Below, in pieces: positions 26,651 through 39,800 of a stretch of 64,000 nt of DNA. A program made the translations under genes and the position numbers. The first letter of the stretch is position 1; each line of letters begins with the position of its first letter. Source of the stretch: Eledone cirrhosa (taxonomy: Eukaryota); the NCBI GenBank assembly GCA_964016885.1, contig OZ024742.1, forward strand, positions 342,984,001 through 343,048,000, given 5' to 3'. The notes under the pieces are model-generated. The model did no database searches. It was not told the origin of the DNA and saw nothing but the letters and a program-made list of their open reading frames with translations.

Positions 26651-29029
26651 TATGATGTATGTCAGCTCCAGTTGTATGAAGTATGTGATCTCCAGTGGTA
26701 TGAAGTATGTGATCTTCAGTGGTATGAAGTATGTGATCTACAGTGGTATGAAGTATGTCAGCTCCAGTGGTATGAAGTACATGATCTACAGTGGTATGAA
26801 GTATGTGATCTACAGTGGTATGAAGTATGTGATCTACAGTGGTATGAAGTATGTCAGCTCCAGTGGTATGAAGTATGTGATCTACAGTGGTATGAAGTAT
26901 GTAATCTACAGTGGTATGAAGTATGTGATCTCCAGTGGTATGAAGTATGTGATCTCCTGTCGTATGAAATATGTCAGCTCCAGTGGTATGAAGTATGTGA
27001 TCTCCAGTGGTATGAAGTATGTGATCTCCAGTGGTATGAAATTTGTGATCTACAGTGGTATGAAGTATGTGATCTCCAGTGGTATGAAGTATGTGATCTC
27101 CAGTGATATGAAATATGTGATCTCCAGTGGTATGAAGTATGTGATCTCCAGTGGTATGAAGTATGTCATATCCTGTGGTATGAAGTATGTGATCTCCAGT
27201 GGTATGAAATATGTGATCTACAGTGGTATGAAGTATGTTAGCTCCAGTGGTATGAAGTATGTGATCTCCAGTGGTATGAAGTATGTGATCTCCTGTGGTA
27301 TGAAGTATGTGATCTACAGTGGTATGAAGTATGTGATCTACAGTGGTATGAAGTATGTGATCTACAGTGGTATGAAGTATGTGATCTACAGTGGTATGAA
27401 GTATGTGATCTACAGTGGTATGAAGTATGTCAGCTCCAGTGGTATGAAGTATGTGATCTACAGTGGTATGAAGTATGTCAGCTCCAGTTGTATGAAGTAT
27501 GTGATCTCCAGTGGTATGAAGTATGTGATCTTCAGTGGTATGAAGTATGTGATCTCCATTGGTATGAAGTATGTGATCTACAGTGGTATGAAGTATGTGA
27601 TCTACAGTGGTATGAAGTATGTGATCTACAGTGGTATGAAGTATGTGATCTACAGTGGTATGAAGTATGTGATCTACAGTGGTATGAAGTATGTGATCTA
27701 CAGTGGTATGAAGTATGTGATCTCCAGTGGTATGAAGTATGTCAGCTCCAGTGGTATGAAGTATGTGATCTCCAGTGGTATGAAGTATGTGATATACAGT
27801 GGTATAAATTATGTTATCTACAGTGGTATGAACTATGTCTGCTCCAGTGGTATGAAGTATGTGATCTACAGTGGTATGAAGTATGTGATCTACAGTGGTA
27901 TGAAGTATGTCAGCTCCAGTGGTATGAAGTATGTGATCTACAGTGGTATGAAGTATGTGATCTACAGTGGTATGAATATGTGATCTACAGTGGTATGAAG
28001 TATGTGATCTCCAGTAGTATGAAGTATGTGATCTACAGTGGTATGAAGTATGTGATCTACAGTGGTATGAAGTATGTGATCTACAGTGGTATGAAGTATG
28101 TGATCTACAGTGGTATGAAGTATGTGATCTACAGTGGTATGCAGTATGTGATCTACAGTGGTATGAAGTATGTGATCTACAGTGGTATGAAGTATGTGAT
28201 CTACAGTGGTATGAAGTATGTCAGCTCCAGTGGTATGAAGTATGTGATCTACAGTGGTATGAAGTATGTGATCTACAGTGGTATGAAGTATGTGATATCC
28301 TGTGGTATGAAGTATGTGATCTCCTGTGGTATGAAGTATGTGATATCCTGTGGTATGAAGTATGTGATATCCAGTGGTATGAAGTATGTGATCTACAGTG
28401 GTATGAAGTATGTGATCTACAGTGGTATGAAGTATGTGATATCCTGTGGTATGAATTATGTGATCTCCAGTGGTATGAAGTATGTGATATCCTGTGGTAT
28501 GAAGTATGTGATATCCTGTGGTATGAAGTATGTGATCTACAGTGGTATGAAGTATGTGATATCCTGTGGTATGAAGTATGTGATCTCCAGTGGTATGAAG
28601 TATGTGATATCCTGTGGTATGAAGTATGTGATATCCTGTGGTATGAAGTATGTGATCTACAGTGGTATGATGTATGTAATCTCCAGTGGTATGAAGTATG
28701 TGATCTACAGTGTTATGAAGTATGTAATCTCCAGTGGTATGAAGTATGTGATGTCCAGTGGTATGAAGTATGTGATCTCCAGTGGTATGAAGTATGTGAT
28801 CTCCAGTGGTATGAAGTATGTGAACTCCAGTGGTATGAAGTATGTAATCTCCAGTGGTATGAAGTATGTGATTGTGGTATGAAGTATGTGATCTCCAGTG
28901 GTATGAAGTATGTGATATACAGTGGTATGAAGTATGTGATATACAGTGGTATGAAGTATGTGATCTACAGTGGTATGAAGTATGTGATCTCCAGTGGTAT
29001 GAAGTATGTGATATACAGTGGTATGAAGT

Positions 29030-32000
29030 ATGTGATCTACAGTGGTATGAAGTATCTCAGCTCCAGTGGTATGAAGTATGTGATCTCCTGTGGTATGAAG
29101 TATGTGATCTACAGTGGTATGAAGTATGTGATCTCCGGTGGTATGAAGTATGTGATCTACAGTGGTATGAAGTATGTGATCTCCTGTGGTATGAAGTATG
29201 TGATCTCCAGTGGTATGAAGTATGTCAGCTCCAGTGGTATGAAGTATGTGATCTCCTGTGGTATGAAGTATGTGATCTACAGTGGTATGAAGTATGTGAT
29301 CTCCAGTGGTATGAAGTATGTGATCTACAGTGGTATGAAGTATGTGATATCCTGTGGTATGAAGTATGTGATCTCCAGTGGTATGAAGTATGTCAGCTCC
29401 AGTGGTATGAAGTATGTGATCTCCAGTGGTATGAAGTATGCGATCTACAGTGGTATGAAGTATGTGATCTCCTGTGGTATGAAGTATGTGATCTACAGTG
29501 GTATGAAGTATGTTAGCTCCTGTGGTATGAAGTATGTGATCTCCAGTGGTATGAAGTATGTGATCTAAAGTGGTATGAAGTATGTGATCTACAGTGGTAT
29601 GAAGTATGTGATCTACAGTGGTATGAAGTATGTGATATCCTGTGATATGAAGTATGTGATATCCTGTGGTATGAAGTATGTGATATCCTGTGGTATGAAG
29701 TATGTGATCTCCAGTGGTATGAAGTATGTCAGCTCCAGTGGTATGAAGTATGTGATCTCCAGTAGTATGAAGTATGTCAGCTCCAGTGGTACGAAGTATG
29801 TGATCTCCAGTGGTATGAAGTATGTCAACTCCAGTGGTATGAAGTATGTGATCTCCAGTGGTATGAAGTATGTGATCTCCAGTGGTATGAAGTATGTGAT
29901 CTCCAGTGGTATGAAGTATGTCAGCTCCAGTGGTATGAAGTATGTGATATCCTGTGGTATGAAGTATGTGATCTACAGTGGTATGAAGTATGTGATCTAC
30001 AGTGGTATGAAGTATGTGATCTACAGTGGTATGAAGTATGTGATCTCCAGTGGTATGAAGTATGTGATCTCCAGTGGTATGAAGTATGTGATCTACAGTG
30101 GTATGAAGTATGTGATATCCTGTGGTATGAAGTATGTGATCTCCAGTGGTATGAAGTATGTGATCTCCAGTGGTATGAAGTATGTGATCTCCAGTGGTTT
30201 GAAGTATGTGATCTACAGTGGTATGAAGTATGTGATCTACAGTGGTATGAAGTATGTGATATCCTGTGGTATGAAGTATGTGATCTATAGTGGTATGAAG
30301 TATGTGATCTCCAGTGGTATGAAGTATGTGATCTACAGTGGTATGAAGTATGTGATCTCCAGTGGTATGAAGTATGTCAGCTCCAGTGGTATGAAGTATG
30401 TGATCTCCATTGGTATGAAGTATGTGATCTCCAGTGGTATGAAGTATGTCAGCTCCAGTGGTATGAAGTATGTGATATCCTGTGGTATGAAGTATGTGAT
30501 CTACAGTGGTATGAAGTATGTGATCTCCAGTGGTATGAAGTATGTGATCTACAGTGGTATGAAGTATGTCAGCTCCAGTGGTATGAAGTATGTGATCTCC
30601 AGTGGTATGAAGTATGTGATCTCCTGTGGTATGAAGTATGTGATCTCCAGTTTATGAAGTATGTGTCTCCAGTGGTATGAATTATGTGATCTACAGTGGT
30701 ATGAAGTATGTGATATCCTGTGGTATGAAGTATGTGATCTACAGTGGTATGAAGTATGTGATCTCCAGTGGTATGAAGTATGTGATCTACAGTTGTATGA
30801 AGTATGTGATCTCCAGTGGTATGAAGTATGTGATCTACAGTGGTATGAAGTATGTGATATCCTGTGGTATGAAGTATGTGATCTACAGTGGTATGAAGTA
30901 TGTGATCTCCAGTGGTATTAAGTATGTAATCTACAGTGGTATGAAGTATGTGATCTCCAGTGGTATGAAGTATGTGATCTCCTGTGGTATGAAATATGTC
31001 AGCTCCAGTGGTATGAAGTATGTGATCTCCAGTGGTATGAAGTATGTGATCTCCAGTGGTATGAAATATGTGATCTACAGTGGTATGAAGTATGTGATCT
31101 CCAGTGGTATGAAGTATGTGATCTCCAGTGGTATGAAGTATGTGATCTCCAGTGGTATGAAGTATGTGATCTCCAGTGGTATGAAGAATGTGATATCCTG
31201 TGGTATGAAATATGTGATCTCCAGTGGTATGAAGTATGTCAGCTCCAGTGGTATGAAGTATGTGATCTCCAGTGGTATGAAATATGTGATCTACAGTGGT
31301 ATGAAGTATGTTAGCTCCAGTGGTATGGAGTATGTGATGTACAGTGGTATGAAGTATGTCAGCTCCAGTGGTATGAAGTATGTGATCTCCAGTGGTATGA
31401 AGTATGTGATCTCCTGTGGTATGAAGTATGTGATCTACAGTGGTATGAAGTATGTGATCTACAGTGGTATGAAGTATGTGATCTACAGTGGTATGAAGTA
31501 TGTGATCTACAGTGGTATGAAGTATGTGATCTACAGTGGTATGAAGTATCTCAGCTCCAGTGGTATGAAGTATGTGATCTCCTGTGGTATGAAGTATGTG
31601 ATCTACAGTGGTATGAAGTATGTGATCTCCGGTGGTATGAAGTATGTGATCTACAGTGGTATGAAGTATGTGATCTCCTGTGGTATGAAGTATGTGATCT
31701 CCAGTGGTATGAAGTATGTCAGCTCCAGTGGTATGAAGTATGTGATCTCCTGTGGTATGAAGTATGTGATCTACAGTGGTATGAAGTATGTGATCTCCAG
31801 TGGTATGAAGTATGTGATCTACAGTGGTATGAAGTATGTGATATCCTGTGGTATGAAGTATGTGATCTCCAGTGGTATGAAGTATGTCAGCTCCAGTGGT
31901 ATGAAGTATGTGATCTCCAGTGGTATGAAGTATGCGATCTACAGTGGTATGAAGTATGTGATCTCCTGTGGTATGAAGTATGTGATCTACAGTGGTATGA

Positions 32001-34030
32001 AGTATGTTAGCTCCTGTGGTATGAAGTATGTGATCTCCAGTGGTATGAAGTATGTGATCTAAAGTGGTATGAAGTATGTGATCTACAGTGGTATGAAGTA
32101 TGTGATCTACAGTGGTATGAAGTATGTGATATCCTGTGATATGAAGTATGTGATATCCTGTGGTATGAAGTATGTGATATCCTGTGGTATGAAGTATGTG
32201 ATCTCCAGTGGTATGAAGTATGTCAGCTCCAGTGGTATGAAGTATGTGATCTCCAGTAGTATGAAGTATGTCAGCTCCAGTGGTATGAAGTATGTGATCT
32301 CCAGTGGTATGAAGTATGTCAACTCCAGTGGTATGAAGTATGTGATCTCCAGTGGTATGAAGTATGTGATCTCCAGTGGTATGAAGTATGTGATATCCAG
32401 TGGTATGAAGTATGTCAGCTCCAGTGGTATGAAGTATGTGATATCCTGTGGTATGAAGTATGTGATCTACAGTGGTATGAAGTATGTGATCTACAGTGGT
32501 ATGAAGTATGTGATCTACAGTGGTATGAAGTATGTGATCTCCAGTGGTATGAAGTATGTGATCTCCAGTGGTATGAAGTATGTGATCTACAGTGGTATGA
32601 AGTATGTGATATCCTGTGGTATGAAGTATGTGATCTCCAGTGGTATGAAGTATGTGATCTCCAGTGGTATGAAGTATGTGATCTCCAGTGGTTTGAAGTA
32701 TGTGATCTACAGTGGTATGAAGTATGTGATCTACAGTGGTATGAAGTATGTGATATCCTGTGGTATGAAGTATGTGATCTATAGTGGTATGAAGTATGTG
32801 ATCTCCAGTGGTATGATGTATGTGATCTACAGTGGTATGAAGTATGTGATCTCCAGTGGTATGAAGTATGTCAGCTCCAGTGGTATGAAGTATGTGATCT
32901 CCATTGGTATGAAGTATGTGATCTCCAGTGGTATGAAGTATGTCAGCTCCAGTGGTATGAAGTATGTGATATCCTGTGGTATGAAGTATGTGATCTACAG
33001 TGGTATGAAGTATGTGATCTCCAGTGGTATGAAGTATGTGATCTACAGTGGTATGAAGTATGTCAGCTCCAGTGGTATGAAGTATGTGATCTCCAGTGGT
33101 ATGAAGTATGTGATCTCCTGTGGTATGAAGTATGTGATCTCCAGTTTATGAAGTATGTGTCTCCAGTGGTATGAATTATGTGATCTACAGTGGTATGAAG
33201 TATGTGATATCCTGTGGTATGAAGTATGTGATCTACAGTGGTATGAAGTATGTGATCTCCAGTGGTATGAAGTATGTGATCTACAGTTGTATGAAGTATG
33301 TGATCTCCAGTGGTATGAAGTATGTGATCTACAGTGGTATGAAGTATGTGATATCCTGTGGTATGAAGTATGTGATCTACAGTGGTATGAAGTATGTGAT
33401 CTCCAGTGGTATTAAGTATGTAATCTACAGTGGTATGAAGTATGTGATCTCCAGTGGTATGAAGTATGTGATCTCCTGTGGTATGAAATATGTCAGCTCC
33501 AGTGGTATGAAGTATGTGATCTCCAGTGGTATGAAGTATGTGATCTCCAGTGGTATGAAATATGTGATCTACAGTGGTATGAAGTATGTTGTTCTCCAGT
33601 GGTATGAAGTATGTGATCTCCAGTGGTATGAAGTATGTGATCTCCAGTGGTATGAAGTATGTGATCTCCAGTGGTATGAAGTATGTGATATCCTGTGGTA
33701 TGAAATATGTGATCTCCAGTGGTATGAAGTATGTCAGCTCCAGTGGTATGAAGTATGTGATCTCCAGTGGTATGAAATATGTGATCTACAGTGGTATGAA
33801 GTATGTTAGCTCCAGTGGTATGGAGTATGTGATGTACAGTGGTATGAAGTATGTCAGCTCCAGTGGTATGAAGTATGTGATCTCCAGTGGTATGAAGTAT
33901 GTGATCTCCTGTGGTATGAAGTATGTGATCTACAGTGGTATGAAGTATGTGATCTACAGTGGTATGAAGTATGTGATCTACAGTGGTATGAAGTATGTGA
34001 TCTACAGTGGTATGAAGTATGTGATCTACA
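29030..34030. repeat. Higher-order tandem duplication, two copies of 2494 bp (104 monomers minus 2 bp)
   Basis: ORF pairs 29575/32069, 29613/32107, 30661/33155 and 30677/33171 are all offset by 2494. Both copies share the private marker CCAGTTTATGAAGTATGTGTCTCC and ATGGAGTATGTGATGTAC. Confidence 0.93.
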
Positions 34031-36819
34031 GTGGTATGAAATATGTGATCTACAGTGGTATGAAGTATGTCAGCTCCAGTGGTATGAAGTATATGATCTA
34101 CAGTGGTATGAAGTATGTGATCTACAGTGGTATGAAGTATGTGATCTACAGTGGTATGAAGTATGTCAGCTCCAGTGGTATGAAGTATGTGATCTACAGT
34201 GGTATGAAGTATGTAATCTACAGTGGTATGAGGTATGTGATCTCCAGTGGTATGAAGTATGTGATCTCCTGTCGTATGAAATATGTCAGCTCCAGTGGTA
34301 TGAAGTATGTGATCTCCAGTGGTATGAAGTATGTGATCTCCAGTGGTATGAAATTTGTGATCTACAGTGGTATGAAGTATGTGATCTCCAGTGGTATGAA
34401 GTATGTGATATCCAGTGGTATGAAGTATGTGATCTACAGTGGTATGAAGTATGTCAGCTCCAGTGGTATGAAGTATGTGATCTCATGTGGTATGAAGTAT
34501 GTGATCTACAGTGGTATGAAGTATGTGATCTCCAGTGGTATGAACTATGTGATCTACAGTGGTATGAAGTATGTGATCTCCTGTGGTATGAAGTATGTGA
34601 TCTCCAGTGGTATGAAGTATGTCAGCTCCAGTGGTATGAAGTATGTGATCTCCAGTGGTATGAAGTATGTGATATCCAGTGGTATGAAGTATGTCAGCTC
34701 CAGAGGTATGAAGTATGTGATCTCCTGTGGTATGAAGTATGTGATCTACAGTGGTATGAAGTATGTGATCTCCAGTGGTATGAAGTATGTGATCTACAGT
34801 GGTATGAAGTATGTAATCTCCAGTGGTATGAAGTATGTGATCTCCAGTGGTATGAAGTATGTGATCTACAGTGGTATGAAGTATGTGATCTCCAGTGGTA
34901 TGAAGTATGTCAGCTCCAGTGGTATGAAGTATGTGATCTCCTGTGGTATGAAGTATGTGATCTACAGTGGTATGAAGTATGTGATCTCCAGTGGTATGAA
35001 GTATGTGATCTACAGTGGAATGAAGTATCTAATCTCCAGTGGTATGAAGTATGTGATCTACAGTGGTATGAAGTATGTGATCTCCAGTGGTATGAAGTAT
35101 GTGATCTACAGTGGTATGAAGTATGTAATCTCCAGTGGTATGAAGTATGTGATCTGCAGTGGTATGAAGTATGTGATCTCCAGTGGTATGAAGTATGTCA
35201 GCTCCAGTGGTATGAAGTATGTGATCTACAGTAGTATGAAGTTTGTGATCTCCAGTGGTATGAAGTATGTGATCTACAGTGGTATGAAGTATGTGATCTA
35301 CAGTGGTATGAAGTATGTGATCTCCAGTGGTATGATGTATGTTAGCTCCAGTGGTATGAAGTGTGTGATCTACAGTGGTATGAAATATGTGATCTGCAGT
35401 GGAATGAAGTATGTGATCTACAGTGGTATGAAGTATGTGATTTACAGTGGTATGAAGTATGTGATCTACAGTGGTATGAAGTATGTGATCTCCTGTGGTA
35501 TGAAGTATGTGATCTACAGTGGTATGAAGTATGTGATCTCCAGTGGTCTGAAGTATGTGATCTACAGTGGTATGAAGTATGTGATATCCTGTGGTATGAA
35601 GTATGTGATCTCCAGTGGTATGAAGTATGTCAGCTCCAGTGGTATGAAGTATGTGATCTCCTGTGGTATGAAGTATGTGATCTACAGTGGTATGAAGTAT
35701 GTGATCTCCAGTGGTATGAAGTATGTGATCTACAGTGGTATGAAGTATGTGATATCCTGTGGTATGAAGTATGTGATCTCCAGTGGTATGAAGTATGTCA
35801 GCTCCAGTGGTATGAAGTATGTGATCTCCAGTGGTATGAAGTATGCGATCTACAGTGGTATGAAGTATGTGATCTCCTGTGGTATGAAGTATGTGATCTA
35901 CAGTGGTATGAAGTATGTTAGCTCCTGTGGTATGAAGTATGTGATCTCCGGTGGTATGAAGTATGTGATCTAAAGTGGTATGAAGTATGTGATCTACAGT
36001 GGTATGAAGTATGTGATCTACAGTGGTATGAAGTATGTGATATCCTGTGATATGAAGTATGTGATATCCTGTGGTATGAAGTATGTGATATCCTGTGGTA
36101 TGAAGTATGTGATCTCCAGTGGTATGAAGTATGTCAGCTCCAGTGGTATGAAGTATGTGATCTCCAGTAGTATGAAGTATGTCAGCTCCAGTGGTATGAA
36201 GTATGTGATCTCCAGTGGTATGAAGTATGTCAACTCCAGTGGTATGAAGTATGTGATCTCCAGTGGTATGAAGTATGTGATCTCCAGTGGTATGAAGTAT
36301 GTCAGCTCCAGTGTTATGAAGTATGTGATATCCTGTGGTATGAAGTATGTGATCTACAGTGGTATGAAGTATGTGATCTACAGTGGAATGAAGTATGTAA
36401 TCTCCAGTGGTATGAAGTATGTGATCTACAGTGGTATGAAGTATGTGATATCCTGTGGTATGAAGTATGTGATCTCCAGTGGTATGAAGTATGTCAGCTC
36501 CAGTGGTATGAAGTATGTGATCTACAGTGGTATGAAGTATGTGATCTACAGTGGTATGAAGTATGTGATCTAGAGTGGTATGAAGTATGTGATCTCCAGT
36601 GGTATGAAGTATGTGATCTCCAGTGGTATGAAGTATGTGATATCCAGTGGTATGAAGTATGTGATCTACAGTGGTATGAAGTATGTCAGCTCCAGTGGTA
36701 TGAAGTATGTGATCTCCTGTGGTATGAAGTATGTGATCTACAGTGGTATGAAGTATGTGATCTCCAGTGGTATGAACTATGTGATCTACAGTGGTATGAA
36801 GTATGTGATCTCCTGTGGT

Positions 36820-39800
36820 ATGAAGTATGTGATCTCCAGTGGTATGAAGTATGTCAGCTCCAGTGGTATGAAGTATGTGATCTCCAGTGGTATGAAGTAT
36901 GTGATATCCAGTGGTATGAAGTATGTTAGCTCCAGTGGTATGAAGTATGTGATCTCCAGTGGTATGAGGTATGTCAGCTCCAGTGGTATGAAGTATGTGA
37001 TCTACAGTGGTATGAAGTATGTGATCTACAGTGGTATGAAGTATGTGATCTACAGTGGTATGAAGTATGTGATCTCCAGTGGTATGAAGTATGTGATCTC
37101 CAGTGGTATGAAGTATGTGATCTACAGTGGTATGAAGTATGTGATATCCTGTGGTATGAAGTATGTGATCTCCAGTGGTATGAAGTATGTGATCTCCAGT
37201 GGTATGAAGAATGTGATCTCCAGTGGTATGAAGTATGTGATCTACAGTGGTATGAAGTATGTGATCTCCAGTGGTATGAAGTATGTGATATCCTGTGGTA
37301 TGAAGTATGTGATCTATGGTGGTATGAAGTATGTGATCTCCAGTGGTATGAAGTATGTGATCTCCAGTGGTATGAAGTATCTCAGCTCCAGTGGTATGAA
37401 GTATGTGATCTCCAGTGGTATAAAGTATGTGATCTCCAGTGGTATGAGGTATGTCAGCTCCAGTGGTATGAAGTATGTGATATCCTGTGGTATGAAGTAT
37501 GTGATCTACAGTGGTATGAAGTATGTGATCTCCAGTGGTATGAAGTATGTGATCTACAGTGGTATGAAGTATGTCAGCTCCAGTGGTATGAAGTATGTGA
37601 TCTCCAGTGGTATGAAGTATGTGATCTCCAGTGGTATGAAGTATGTCAGCTCCAGTGGTATGAAGTATGTGATCTCCAGTGGTATGAAGTATGTGATCTC
37701 CAGAGGTATGAAGTATGTCAGCTCCAGTGGTATGAAGTATGTGATCTCCAGTGGTATGAAGTATGTCAGCTCCAGTGGTATGAAGTATGTGATCTCCAGT
37801 GGTATGAAGTATGTGATCTCCTGTGGTATTAAGTATGTGATCTCCAATGGTATGAAGTATGTGATCTCCAGTGGTATGAAGTATATGATCTACAGTGGTA
37901 TGAAGTATGTGATCTCCAGTGGTATGAAGTATGTGATAACCTGTGGTATGAAGTATGTGATATCCTGTGGTATGAAGTATGTGATCTACAGTGGTATGAA
38001 GTATGTGATCTCCAGTGGTATGAAGTATGTGATATCCTGTGGTATGAAGTATGTGATATCCAGTGGTATGAAGTATGTGATCTACAGTGGTATGAAGTAT
38101 GTGATCTACAGTGGTATGAAGTATGTGATCTCCAGTGGTATGAAGTATGTGATCTCCAGTGGTATGAAGTATGTGATATCCTGTGGTATGAAGTATGTGA
38201 TCTCCAGTGGTATGAAGTATGTGATCTACAGTGGTATGAAGTATGTAATCTCCAGTGGTATGAAGTATGTGATCTCCAGTGGTATGAAGTATGTGATCTC
38301 CAGTGGTATGAAGTATGTGATCTACAGTGATATGAAGTATGTAATCTCCAGTGGTATGAAGTATGTGATCTACAGTGGTATGAAGTATGTGATCTACAGT
38401 GGTATGAAGTATGTGATCTATAGTGGTATGAAGTATGTGATCTCCAGTGGTATGAAGTATGTCAGCTCCAGTGGTATGAAGTATGTGATCTCCTGTGGTA
38501 TGAAGTATGTCAGCTCCAGTGGTATGAAGTATGTGATCTCCAGTGGTATGAAGTATGTGATCTCCAGTGGTATGAAGTATGTCAGCTCCAGTGGTATGAA
38601 GTATGTGATCTCCAGTGGTATGAAGTATGTGATCTCCAGAGGTATGAAGTATGTCAGCTCCAGTGGTATGAAGTATGTGATCTCCAGTGGTATGAAGTAT
38701 GTCAGCTCCAGTGGTATGAAGTATGTGATCTCCAGTGGTATGAAGTATGTGATCTCCTGTGGTATTAAGTATGTGATCTCCAATGGTATGAAGTATGTGA
38801 TATCCTGTGGTATGAAGTATGTGATCTACAGTGGTATGAAGTATGTGATCTCCAGTGGTATGAAGTATGTGATAACCTGTGGTATGAAGTATGTGATATC
38901 CTGTGGTATGAAGTATGTGATCTACAGTGGTATGAAGTATGTGATCTCCAGTGGTATGAAGTATGTGATATCCTGTGGTATGAAGTATGTGATATCCAGT
39001 GGTATGAAGTATGTGATCTACAGTGGTATGAAGTATGTGATCTACAGTGGTATGAAGTATGTGATCTCCAGTGGTATGAAGTATGTGATCTCCAGTGGTA
39101 TGAAGTATGTGATATCCTGTGGTATGAAGTATGTGATCTCCAGTGGTATGAAGTATGTGATCTACAGTGGTATGAAGTACGTAATCTCCAGTGGTATGAA
39201 GTATGTGATCTCCAGTGGTATGAAGTATGTGATCTCCAGTGGTATGAAGTATGTGATCTACAGTGATATGAAGTATGTAATCTCCAGTGGTATGAAGTAT
39301 GTGATCTACAGTGGTATGAAGTATGTGATCTACAGTGGTATGAAGTATGTGATCTATAGTGGTATGAAGTATGTGATCTCCAGTGGTATGAAGTATGTAA
39401 TCTACATTGGTATGAAGTATGTGATCTCCAGTGGTATGAAGTATGTGATTTCCTGTGGTATGAAATATGTCAGCTCCAGTGGTATGAAGTATGTGATCTC
39501 CAGTGGTATGAAGTATGTGATCTCCAGTGGTATGAAATATGTGATCTACAGTGGTATGAAGTATGTGATCCCCAGTGGTATGAAGTATGTGATCTACAGT
39601 GGTATGAAGTATGTGATATCCTGTGGTATGAAGTATGTGATCTCCAGTGGTATGAAGTATGTGATATACTGTGGTATGAAGTATGTGATATCCTGTGGTA
39701 TGAAGTATGTGATCTACAGTGGTATGAAGTATGTAATCTCCAGTGGTATGAAGTATGTGATCTCCAGTGGTATGAAGTATGTGATCTCCAGTGGTATGAA

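Noticed and set aside
33585-33600. Singleton 1-bp insertion with substitution (TATGTTGTTCTCC)
   Set aside because: Absent from the sister copy 2494 bp upstream; either a recent mutation or a sequencing error, and uninformative alone.
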